From Lama glama (taxonomy: Eukaryota): 64,000 bases of DNA. Positions within the stretch are counted from its first letter, which is position 1, and every line of letters begins with the position of its first letter. The notes under the pieces were generated by a model that ran no database searches, was not told the origin of the DNA, and was given only the letters and a program-made list of their open reading frames with translations. Position numbers and translations under genes: made by a program. Shown here piece by piece: positions 26,083-37,230 of this stretch. The stretch is taken from NCBI GenBank assembly GCA_028534125.1, contig CM052822.1:78058001-78122000 (forward strand), written 5' to 3'.

Positions 26083-27330
26083 CTGGAATGCAAGTGCAGA
26101 GTCAGGGGCGCCCCAGGGCTGGGGGCAGGATCCCGGACGCTGGGCGGCCAACACAGGGGGCCCACACTTCACCTGCACGGACGAGGTGGGAGCTGGCTGG
26201 CACTGGGCCCAGTAAGGAGGGCATGGACTAGCCAGACGCAGCCGGAGCAGCCAAGGCTCCAGCCAGTTCATTGGTTCAGAGATGTTCGTGGCATGGGAAC
26301 CACGGTGCTGAGCGGGGCCCTGGGAACACTCAGCCATTGTGAAAACAGGCCTCACTCACCGCAGACCAGATTGGATTGACCACCAAGAGCTGGGACAGGA
26401 AGTGCGTCCAGCCAGGACCCAGTGAGTTAGCAGGACGGGAGCAGCCAGGGAGGTACGGCGCCACGTGCTGAAGGGTGAGGGAGGGGCAGGCAGGCACACA
26501 GGTGTGTCAGGCAGGGCCTGGGGACAGCCAGTGCCAAGGGCACCGGGGCTCTCAAGTCTGTCCGGGGCGTCCGGGCTCTGAGGGATGGGCTGAGGGAGGT
26601 TAGGGAGCAGGTCTGCGTCCACCTCTGCGTGGGACATACAGGAGAGCCCTCGTCTCTACATCAGAGACAGAATAAACACAGAAATATGAAACAGCCGGAG
26701 CAATGCCACGGAGGAAGAAAACTGAAACTGTGGCCGGCCTGAAAGCACAGGGCCAAACCAAAAGGTGTTCGTGGCCGCAGGCTGGGAAAGCACCTTGGGA
26801 AACAGCGTTCTGCATTGCAAGCCTCATTTTCTCATCCTCCCTCTCAGACAGCCACTAGCCTCCGACAGACAGGGCGCCGCAATCACTAGAAATCGGTCAC
26901 GCATCACGGGGCAGGGGAGCTCAGACCCGCCCCTCCACAGGCGGCCCCGCTCCGTTTCTGTTTACACGGAAGTCACCTTTCTTTCAATTGCCCACTTTTC
27001 TCAATCCTCTGGGGCGATGCAGTCCAGACACAGGCTGGCTCTGAGGTGCTGCAAAGCGTTGGCAAACAGAACAGCACAGCAGATACCTGACCCTCGGTCA
27101 CTCTGACCCTAACTTTCAGGGCACTGTCTGTTGGCAGTGACACTCGGAGAGGCGCACAGGGAGCCAAGGCCTCCAGACGTTCTTCCCACAGAGACTCCCG
27201 AGCCAGCCGCAGTGGTCTGTCCACTCGGGAAGTGACTGTGATTTTAAGGAAAACCAGAACCAGACTGGGTGGCTCTACTGCGCTCAGAGGCACAGCAGTC
27301 TCATCCTGTGGTGTCGTGTCCACAAAGTAG

Positions 27331-27368
27331 AACACACACACGCACACGTGCGTGCACACGTGCACACC
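27331..27368. repeat. Alternating purine-pyrimidine (CA/CG/TG) tract
   Basis: acacacacacgcacacgtgcgtgcacacgtgcacacc. Confidence 0.65.
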
Positions 27369-29449
27369 GGGCTCCAGGCCTCTGGAGCTCAGGCACCCAG
27401 TGTTCACACCCTTCCACATCTGCCCCGACCCCTCTGTCACCCAGCTCAGGTCACCCGGGGGCCAGGGCTCCTGCGTTCCCCACCCCCACCCCCGCTCTGG
27501 GCCGTCCGCTCACCCGCACCCACCCCAGTGGACACAGAGGCACAGAAAGAAACTCAAGCCAGACAGTCGGGCTGGTGTCCCACACGTCTCAGTGAAGTTT
27601 TGACCACAGCTGACTTGAACTGTTTTCTATTATTCACTCAATTAACACCAACTCTATTCATGTTGGTCTGACTGGTTTGTCTATCGGCATGTGTGAGCAG
27701 AGCCAGGGCATGGGAGCCGGGGAGGAGCCGCCCTCGGGGAGGCCTGGCCCAGCCGCTGAGGCCCTGCTCCCACAGGTGTGGCTCCGGGAGGCCAGCAGTG
27801 GGGCCCCTGCTCCAGTCACTCCGGGAACCAGCAGATGGCTTTTCGCCCAGATGACCGAGACCTGTGACTGTGCACACCTCCTCCGGGCCACACCATGAAC
27901 CTCAGGAGCTCAACTCCGCTGGGAACAGAAACATAGCAGCTGCTCCAAGGCCCACCCTCCCTGCCAGCTCCTGACCCCGCCACCTCTGCCCACACAGCCC
28001 TCGGGTTTCTTCGGGTCGGAAAGACGCAAATTTAAGTGGCACAATCTAGAAAATGTGAACTACAGTCTGCTTTCTTTGGGACAATCATTATGGAATATCT
28101 GATGCATGTTTTTTGGGCCAAAGTTACCTTAATAAGGGAGACACTTTTGCCTGGTGTGACACCTAAGTTTGTGCAAACTGACTAGCTTATCTGCAGCCTG
28201 AAGTGCGGTGCGTGAGGGTCCCCGGGAAGGAGAGGGCGCTCTGGATGAAGTGCTTCTGCAAGTGACTTTTCTCAAGAGTGGTTAACACACAGTTTTACAA
28301 ATGGATATAAAATGGTTCCTGGCCAAATGATTTTAGATCCTCACTTTTCTTTGGAAAATGTTCTGTTCACAAAATCCATCATGAACGAATGAGCTTCTTT
28401 CAATAGAACATGAGGGATTCTAAAATGACGAACCTCGGCGGGTTTAATCTAATCTCATGTTGTCTGCAGGAGGGGCATTAGATGTCACCTTAATTCCTGT
28501 AAACGGCAGCTGCTTAAACGCTCACTTTATCTCAGCTCTGGAAGGTGAGATCATGCGCAAGCTCACTGGTGTTCCTGAACGGACGGCAAGAAATAGAAGT
28601 GGGGGCTCCGGCAAGCAAGCGGCAGTGTCGGGGGCGGAGACTCTGTTTTCCATTGAGAATTCGGTCACTAAAGACACTCTTGGCTGTATTAACACTGAGA
28701 TAAAATTCCCACCCTCTCAGCCGTGTTGCTCCAGCAGCCTGCCTCTGCCCGGCTCTGGCCGTCTCGATTCGATCTGTTCTGTGTTTTCCTGTTAATATGT
28801 TCGTTCTGGGCGTCACACGAGTGTTGTTCCCACTCGCGTCTTAGGAGCCTTTGCTCTTCACGTTTGTGGATCAGATGCTTTTCTTCTGAGACACGAGAGT
28901 GTGTTTCACGTCGTCTGAGGGGAAGCGAGGCCTTGGTCGCGAAAGAAGGTGTTTTAAACAAAACGAAAACTGCCACAGCAACAACGCTAGGCGGCCCCTT
29001 CTCTTCAAGGGTGTGGGAACAGGTGCGGCGATCCTGCCCAGACACCACCAGTCCTGGAATAATCAGGGATGTTAACGGGGAATTTAAACACCACGCACAT
29101 TCCTCCCCCAGACCGTAGGTGTTCAAAAAGCTGACGTCTAAAATCCTTTGTGTGTGTACGTGGGGTGGGTGTGGGGGGGCCGCAGGAGGGCTTAATTAAA
29201 AAAAAACTAACTTTTTCTTCCATAACTAGCGCACACAGGAAAGAACAGGAGATGAACGTGTGCAGGATGAAAACAAAGGCCGCTGATAACTCCCCAGACG
29301 AGCTAACCGTAAGGCCGCGGTGAAGCCCCCTCTCCCGGCACATACGTGGGCTACTTCCTTTTTTGTTTTTCTGCTCTGAAAATGGCTGCTTAAGCTTTGG
29401 ATGACTCAGCATGGTAGCATTTTCTTATTTAAGTTGAAAAGCTGCTGAC

Positions 29450-29560
29450 ATGAGGCTTGCATCCTACCCACAGGGAAACCAAGGCCTACGGAAGTTAAGC
29501 AACGAGCCCCAAGCACCCGCAGCCAGGGCGCCCGTGGCTCGGATCCAGTGTGCACAGTGC
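29450..29560 (-). mobile_element. MIR fragment
   Basis: cccacagggaaaccaaggcctacggaagttaagcaacgagccccaagcacccgcagcc resembles the MIR core (gaggaaactgaggctcagagaggttaagtgacttgcccaaggtcacacagc). Confidence 0.55.
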
Positions 29561-29599
29561 GCCAGTGTCATCCTGCCCCCGCACGGCCCCTCTCCCTGC

Positions 29600-30070
29600 A
29601 CGGCCCCTTCAGCTCCTCACAGGGCACCCAGGCCTGCATCCCTGGTTACAATACTGCCAGCTTCAAAAGACACCAGCGGTGTCCAGAGCAGCACTGTCCT
29701 TTGTCCAAGCTTCATTTCACTAACCTACCACTCTGTCCCAGGGAGACTCCTGTTGCAGCCCTTCCCCCGTCACCGTCGCTCCCTATGCCTCGTTCACGCT
29801 GATCCTCCCGTGATGACTCTGCCCAGACCTCGAGGTCAGTGCAAACACCACCTCCTCCCTCACACCTGCCACCATCTCTATGACCCTCCCTCCCTGTACC
29901 ACCCCTCCCAGCACCATTATGGAAACGACCCCTCTGTGACACTGACCCCACTCTGCTTCGCGCTACAGCTGTGAATGTCAAGACCTTCCTCTTCTAGTGA
30001 GATGACCTGCCCCAGGGTGGGCCCGTGTCTCATCCACTTCGCACACAGTCAGGATTTGTTGAATGATTGC
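29600..30070 (+). mobile_element. L2 3' fragment
   Basis: Pyrimidine-rich body ending ...ctgtgaatgtcaag...tgtctcatccac...gatttgttgaatgattg, an L2-like terminus. Confidence 0.5.
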
Positions 30071-30509
30071 TCGTAACCTGGAAAATTCTACAAGTAGTCT
30101 GCAGTACAGGCAAAAATTGTGTGTTGATGACTGGCATTCTAGAAGCTCTGCCTTCAAGTTTTCTGAGGCTTGGAAGAATTGCTCAAGAAAAGCACTGTGA
30201 GGGCCTTGGAGCGTGTCATTAAGAATTTCCTGCTGCCTCTCCCTTTCTGAGCTGTCCAAGGAACACCTTTACAATGCGCGTCAAGTAGGGGCCACGTCCT
30301 GATGTTCCCGTGACAACCCCAACGGCACAGCAACAGTTCAGAAAGCTCTTCTCCCAGACTCCCCTGCTCATTAGCCTTCAAGTCCAGGTCTGGTGCTGTC
30401 TCCCTGAGATCTCCCAGGCCTTCTGTGGACTCCTGTGCCCCCAGTACGCACCTCTCATCTGGGACACAGTATGTGCTGTCACTAGTGAAACGGGCAGGGT
30501 GTTTCTAGG

Positions 30510-30640
30510 ACCTGCCTTCCCCATGGGTTCTGAGCTCCTGGGGGTTAGGGACCGTCTTACTCACCTGCGCTGCCCTGCACAGAAGGGAGCCCTGAGACAC
30601 GCAGAGCAGAGCCCTGGTTACATGCACTGGACAGGAGTCA
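30510..30640 (+). mobile_element. L2 3' end fragment
   Basis: ttctgagctcctgggggttagggaccgtcttactcacc resembles L2 tgtgagctccttgagggcagggaccgtgtcttattcatc. Confidence 0.5.
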
Positions 30641-33600
30641 ACACGTGAAGGGGCCACCACGTGCACCCTGGAAACCTCAGCCCCAGGAAGAGCTGGGGCT
30701 CAGTGTTGGCTGATTCAATGTGAAGAACTCAGATCAATTACAACAGTGACCCTGGTTCTTTAGGAACATTTGGAAGCATGTCTTTAATCTCGCAGTTTTT
30801 CATTACACTCAGCAGTATTAGGGGAGACCGAGGCAGGGGTTCTGAAGAGTCCTGGCTGGGAGGACGCAGCCCTGGTTTCTGCACCCCTGGAATCCGTCAG
30901 GGGAACCTGACTGGGGCTGGTTCCTGAGTGGGAAGGTGTCTAGAACATTCCTGAGCTGTGAGCCTTTCCAAGGCCTAGGTTTGACGCACTCACATAAAAG
31001 ATAACCCCCAGCTCAAACATTTACGGAAAAACGTCCCGAGGTTTCAGAATGTGGGTTTTCCAAGTTTGGAGCCAACGCACACTGGCTGCCACAGACCCCA
31101 TGGCCTCCGACCACACAGGGCGTCTACAACAGGGCCGATGGCGGACCCGCACTTCTGAGTGTCTGGTCCCTTGAGCACAGCATCAGCTTTCTTACTGCAT
31201 GAGAGACTAACTCAACCTAAGGCTTTCCTCCTTAATCTTATTTCCGACCTTGCACTTCCAGCTCCCCACCTCACACTCCTTTCCTAGCCTACGTGATGGG
31301 ACGGTTTTTAGGTCACAAGACCCAAGTACCACCAGATGACTTTTCAGGAAATGCTCTCCATGTGTCAGACAAACCAACTGGCTTCCACATTGAACAGAAT
31401 CATTTTACACAGAATCCCAAACCTTTGGGACAGAAGTGTTGTCGTGGTTAGCAGGCAGAGACGTGCGTCCACAATGGGTTAACGTAGCCCAAATGTTTCC
31501 TGCACTGTTTTCTGATCAAACTGTCAACACCTTCAGGTCAAGAGAGTGAGTCCCAGGAACACAGTGCACCTGGAGTGCTCCGGAGTGCAGCAGGGTTTGC
31601 TGACGGTCACAGGAGCCGTCTGCACCTTCAGGAGGCGATTGTACCCGTCACTCACGGCGCCTTCATGAGTGCCGAAGGGAGCTTTCGGCCGGGAGGCGAC
31701 TCTAATAAAATGGACAAGGCGTTGGGCTTAATTTTGAAAGCATTCTTAACAACGTAATAGGCACAAAGTTTGGTCCCCACTCAGCGGCTTTTGGGCCGTG
31801 CACTCCTGGGCAGACCACCAAGTCTCGCTGACCCTTGAGTCACTGCGGCCCAGAAACAGGACTCACTTCCAAGGTGGGGCTGAGGGTCGGCTGACTTAAT
31901 ATATGAAACAGACCTCGCGAGCTGTGAGGTACATGCAGATGGAGGCGACGGTCTTTCTCATTAAAGAAACAGGGAATCAGAGAACCTCTCGACACCTCTT
32001 CCATGTTCTGTGACTGTGCGGTTCTGGAGACACTGACCGAGACCTAATGAAACACGATGCTGGGAGTGCCCGCCACCAACAGCGGCTTGCGCGCAGGGCT
32101 CGAGGGGTGACCGCGGGTGTGCGCTGCTGCACGTGCGGCCAGCGCCACTGCTGCCAGCCAGGAGGTACGGCGACACTGCCGAGCGCAGGGTCCCAGCGCA
32201 GCTTCCCAGTCACAGGCAGCGGTCCCTCTGACAGCTCAGTCCCCTCACCGCGTGGGAAAGCCTGGCGGGTGACGTAAGGGTCACGCCCACGCTGCCAGCC
32301 GCCGCGCCCCGAGATCAGGGAGGGTCTGGAGCTCGTGCCCACGCCCTCTGGGGGCTTCCTCATCCCTCTTTTAAGACGGGGTCTTTCACGACCAGTCTTG
32401 TGACAAAGGGCTGCTGGAAATGCCCGTTTCTGAGACCACATGCAGTGACACTGCTCATCACCGAGGCTGGTTTCTGGTGTCGGGGGAGCACGGATGCCCC
32501 CGGTGCTGACTTAGCACCTCAGAGCCTGTCGCCGTCTGGATTGTTTCACAGGCACCGTTATACCAGCTTCAATATCAAGGATCCGTTTCCAGAGTCACCA
32601 GGAAAGAATCCCACTCGCTAAAAATCTTCTACTTCCCCGCCGGCCACCGGCGGCCTCTGTGGTCTCCGCGGTGTTGGACCGTGATTACCCCAAGGAGAGC
32701 CGAGGGCCCCGGGGGCCCCCCGGCCACCCTCCCTGCGGCAGGTGGCGGCGCTGGCCGCCTCTGAATGCTGGGGTGAGGGGTCCAGGCGCCTGGGAAAGTC
32801 CGTTTGGCTCCAGTGACAGATCCCGGCTGCCAGCGTGCTCACCCAGGCCTGCGTGGAGAGGCCGCGAGAGCCCGGGCGGACGACATAGGCTTCGCTCAGC
32901 TAAAAGCCACAGAAATGGTGTTATCTGGCGTCTCTCGTCGCTGGCAGTGACGGTCTGGGACGCTGGGAGGGGCAAGACGATGCACTGTCACTAAAGAGAG
33001 AAATGAAAACACGCCCTCAGCACCAAGCCCGGCGGCGCGGAGCCGTTGCGCAAGCCCGCAGACGGGGGCGCAGTTGGCGGGATGTCACGCTGCTCACAAC
33101 ATCCAGAATCCACTGCTGTCAGTGCGGCAGGCCCCCGCCCCGGGCCTCTGGGGGCTTCTGCGCAGACAGGAAGCCAGCGGAGACTGTCCCGGGGCGTTCC
33201 CTTCACAGCGGTGCTGCCGGGAGCAAGCCTCTGCTGCTGCGCTGAGGGAAGTTCGGTCTGGGGAAGACCTTCATCAGTGTCAGGAGATCTCTGCCTCGGC
33301 TCTGTTCTCTGCACGGGCGCCCATTCCAACAACCAGACCTTTTCAGGCAGTGGGAATGCAGCCCACTCACACGCTCTTCCCTCACGGGAGCACCGGAGGT
33401 CTGTGTGTTAGAATCAGACGGAGCTGGGGCCGTGCTCCTCAGAGCAGGGAGTGAGCTGTCTCTGCTGCCATTCTGGGGATGACGACCTTTCCCTTTAGAA
33501 ACAGACGCTGTCACCTGCCTTCAGTAATACACAACAGGGAAATGTTTATGTTAAATGTCTTTGAATTCCCAAAGTGAGCCGTGTAAATTCCAAGCAAAAA

Positions 33601-34403
33601 AAATGAAAGATGAAAGGAGAAATCAGCAGGGGCACTTGCTTTGGCTGAGCACAGATGGACACACAGACACAGGGAACAGCAAACTGCTTGCTTACAGAAG
33701 GTATTTCTGTTGCCCACAGATTGCTGCGTCTGGCATATTTTACACGTTATTTATTAGTGGCGTGCATGAGGCAGGCTAAGACGTTTGCAATGAGAAATTC
33801 AGAGTGGTCCGCTCAAACTCCAGGACGGACAGACACGGGTAAATGATCAGAGGGCAGTTTTGCTGTTTCTTAGCTTAGGGAAGAGTTGCTTGACTCGGGA
33901 ACCACAGGCCACACAACCGTACTCAGACTGCCACCTGACTGCAGTGAAGACTCACGAGAGGAGCGCAGCGTACAGGGAGCCGCCCCCGGGCCGGTGGGTC
34001 CTGCACCTGCCCCGCCCCCGGGCTGCAGCCTTGCTGGATCGGCCAGGAACTTCAAACGCAGAGCAGCGATACACAAGCCGTATTTAAAAAGGGAAAAGAC
34101 GCAGACCCAGAACCGGCCAGCCCGGAGCCCGGCGTCCACAGAGCCGGGCTGGCTTGGGAGACGTAAGCTCAGTCTGGAATCCAGCCTCGGGCTCTGTGTG
34201 CACAGCCTGCAGGAGGCGAGCAGGACCAAAGGAGTTAATTAGAATAAATGCAAGGCCATGCATGTGGTCCTTTTCCTGTTATTACATCCTAAATATTGCC
34301 TCCGTGGACGTTCGTTTTTGAGGAGGAAGCATTCCCGCACGGGCCTGCAGTAAGCAATTAGCTTCCTTTGTCCTGGCGAAGCGGAAAGCGGTTAAAAACA
34401 GAT

Positions 34404-34456
34404 GAAATTATATTCAATCCCTTGTAATGGCCTTTGGTGAAAAAGAATATGGAAAG

Positions 34457-34500
<44 letters not shown>

Positions 34501-34568
34501 CTGAATGACTATGTTATACACCAGAAATTAACACAACTTTGTGAATCAACTTCAATTAAAAAAAAAAA
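34404..34568 (+). mobile_element. Cetartiodactyl-type L1 3' end with internal (GT)20 and poly(A)
   Basis: gaaattatattcaatcccttgtaat...aaaagaatatgg...ctgaatgactatgttatacaccagaaattaacacaac...aattaaaaaaaaaaa. Confidence 0.85.
34459..34498. repeat. (GT)20 microsatellite
   Basis: Perfect dinucleotide run. Confidence 0.97.
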
Positions 34569-34575
34569 CTAAGTT

Positions 34576-34728
34576 GGGGAGGGTAGTGCTCAGGGCTAGA
34601 GCGTGTGCTTAGCAGGCACGAGGTCCTGGGTTCAATCCCTAGTACCTCCGTTAAAACGAACAGACAAACCTAATTACCCCCCCAAAACAAACCAAACAAC
34701 AACAACATTTTTAAAAAGTAAAAAAAAA
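34576..34728 (+). mobile_element. tRNA-Ala-derived SINE (Vic-1-like)
   Basis: ggggagggtagtgctcagggctagagcgtgtgcttagcaggcacgaggtcctGGGTTCAATCCCtagtacctcc...cctaattacccccc...A-rich tail; B box intact. Confidence 0.92.
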
Positions 34729-35815
34729 TCCTATCAAAAAACCCAGATGGAATTGACCGGCACAAGCATCGCATGTGGGCAGCAGGGCCGGCTTCACCGG
34801 TAAGTGTGAGTCGGAGTCATCTCCCTGCAGACCCTTCCCTGGAAGCTTGGTTTCTCAAGCTGGCCCAGGCCGGACCCTGCAGGCCCAGCAGCCTCGGGCG
34901 CCGCCCTCACGCGGTCTCAGTGTGACTCCCCCACTCCAGTTCTTTGCCGCATAACCAAGCAGGCTGTGCAGGATAGAGATTTTCAGTAGCTAAAGCAGGG
35001 GAGGAGAGTTCAAATGTCCCCAGATACAGAGCCTTAGGGGGAGGTGCAGCTCCCACTCACGTGAGGGGCAGGAGGTAACAGCCGGCGGCGGAGGACTGGG
35101 GAAGGACGAGTAAAGCGCACCGCGCAGGTCTGGGGGCCGTGAACCCCGAGTTGTCCGTGTTGTTTAAAATCCTTCTGGTAACTGAAAAATAAAGTCCATG
35201 CAAGAACTAGGAAAACAGACAAACACAAGCTCCAACGGAAACGACGTGTCTTTTCAAAGTGCCGCTGGGGGAGCATCCACGCGGACCTGCTCCTGGCTTC
35301 TGCGTGGGGCAGAGGCTGGACGAGCCGGGGGAAGAGCCGGCTCTTGGTAAAGTCGTGAGTTAAATGGACGCATAAATTAGTTAAGTCTCGATTCTGTGGA
35401 GCGTAACTAACTGGAAGTCTCGGTGAGCGTGTTCTTATTACAATTACGAGCTTCGGCATTCCATGTCTTCCAGAAGAGTCCAGAACTGCAGGAAAGCACA
35501 CTGACAAAAGAGCGCTTAAACACGGCGCAATGACGTGCAGGGTCCTTCCTGGAGCTGGGGAACCACGAGCCCAGCCGCTGGGACGCGCGTCCAGGGAGGG
35601 CCGTGCGGGCGGCTGACGCTCTGAAAGGCCCTGGTGCACTAAACATGTGCTCATCAAGCCTGGCTGTGACCTTCACTGACCTCGACCACAGAAATCTGCA
35701 GAAAAGGAAAGTCAGTCTTACGAAGACTTACAACTGAAATCCTGGTAAAAAATAATGAACACATTCTGTTCCAGAAATATTCTAATGAATAAACTTAAAA
35801 AATTAGTAATTTTTT

Positions 35816-35908
35816 GGGGGGGAGGGTAGAGCTAGTGGTAGAGCACATGCTTAGCGTGCGCGAGGTTCTGGGTTCAATTGCTAGTATGTGCATTAAAAAA
35901 AACAAGCA
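35816..35908 (+). mobile_element. tRNA-Ala-derived SINE, short form, with target-site duplication
   Basis: gggagggtagagctagtggtagagcacatgcttagcgtgcgcgaggttctgggttcaatt...aaaaaaaa; agtaatttt at 35805-35813 and 35909-35917. Confidence 0.88.
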
Positions 35909-35921
35909 AGTAATTTTGTCC

Positions 35922-36143
35922 TGGGGCAGGGGGAGGGACGAAGTAGGAGTCTGGGATCAGCAGATACACACTACTGTACGTGGAACAGATAAACAACACG
36001 GTCCTACTGTGCAGCACAGGGAGCTCTACTCAACACCGTGTAGCGACCTGGAATGGAAAAGAACGTATATACGTGTAAACGAATTACTTTGCTGTGCAGG
36101 AAACTAACACAACATTGTAAATCAACTATACCTCAACTAAAAA
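35922..36143 (+). mobile_element. Cetartiodactyl-type L1 3' end, GC-shifted
   Basis: gggatcagcagatacacactactg...gataaacaacacggtcctactgtgcagcacaggg...aactaacacaacattgtaaatcaactatacctcaa. Confidence 0.9.
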
Positions 36144-36662
36144 TGTACGTATCATCAAGCCACAAAAGGGAACTCCGTCCTGACCACCTGCTCTTGCCGA
36201 ACAGGGAGACGCGCATTCTCCCACGTGACTGGCTGGGCACTTACGGGCGACAGTTTCGGGTGTGCGCAGCTGCGGTGACCGGTCTTCTGCCGGAGGATTG
36301 CGAGGAGCCAGGTGGTGACAGTAACGAGGACAGTGGGTCCCCGCCTCCTTTCCAGCTGCCGTTTTCAAGCAGCTCGAAGAATTTTAAAGGAACAATTTTA
36401 TGAACCTTATGTCTTAACATCTTAAAAATCAAGGTTCTGCGAACGTCGGTGACACACAAAGATGAATCCTTATAAACAACGGGAAGTAATTAAGAGAATT
36501 ACACCCTGTTCCTATGAATGTACAGCTATTAGTATTCAAATTTAAGGCAGACGAGCTTGGCTTGCCGTTATGAGGGAAACCTGGGTTCCTCCTCTGACTG
36601 GGAGAGAGATTAGGAGCTGCAGTGTTATTTCAGATTCATGCTCATGTTTTGACGGGTTTCAC

Positions 36663-37230
36663 CATTCACTGATTCATTCATTCATCCACTCACTCACTCA
36701 TTCACGCAACTACCTTTATTAAATGTATCGTGTGAGCCGGGAATGTTGTCGGTTCTGAGGACCCAGCAGGGAGCCGGTCAGAGCCTCTGTCCTCACGCGG
36801 CTGAATCTCCGTCTGGAGACCAGACCACACACAAGTAGATAAATACGGTTGAGAAAGACAACGTCAGACAACCGTAGGGGTGAAAGGACGCAAAACAGCC
36901 ACGCAGGAGTGGCTGGGGCGGGTGCGGGCTCAGGGAGGGAGGGCCCTCTGAAGAGCTGATTGCTGAAGGGTGGGAGGGGCTGGGGCGCAGAGGACCACGG
37001 AGGCATCACAGGAGGAGCACCTGGGGTGAGTGCTGCCGTGGGGGTGGCCTGGCAGCTCCAGATCAGAGAGGAGGCCGGGTGGGCCCGGGGGTGAGGTGGG
37101 GCGGCCAGGGGAGGAGTCTGGGGATATTTCCAGAGCAACGGGAAACAGCTGGGGTTGTAAGCAGAGGAGTCACATGATGGTAAAAATGCTCTTAAAAGTT
37201 CATGTCGGCCACAGGCTGGGACTGGTCACG
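36663..37230 (-). mobile_element. L2a element, 3' portion
   Basis: Begins with the antisense L2 tail (cattcattcattcatccactcactcactcattca), then tttattaaatg...cctcacgcggctgaatctccg...gtaagcagaggagtcacatgat. Confidence 0.85.

Noticed and set aside
34576-34650. tRNA-Ala(AGC)-like sequences here and at 9680-9747, 35816-35890 and 47232-47305
   Set aside because: They have A-rich tails, target-site duplications and broken stems, so they are SINE heads and not tRNA genes.
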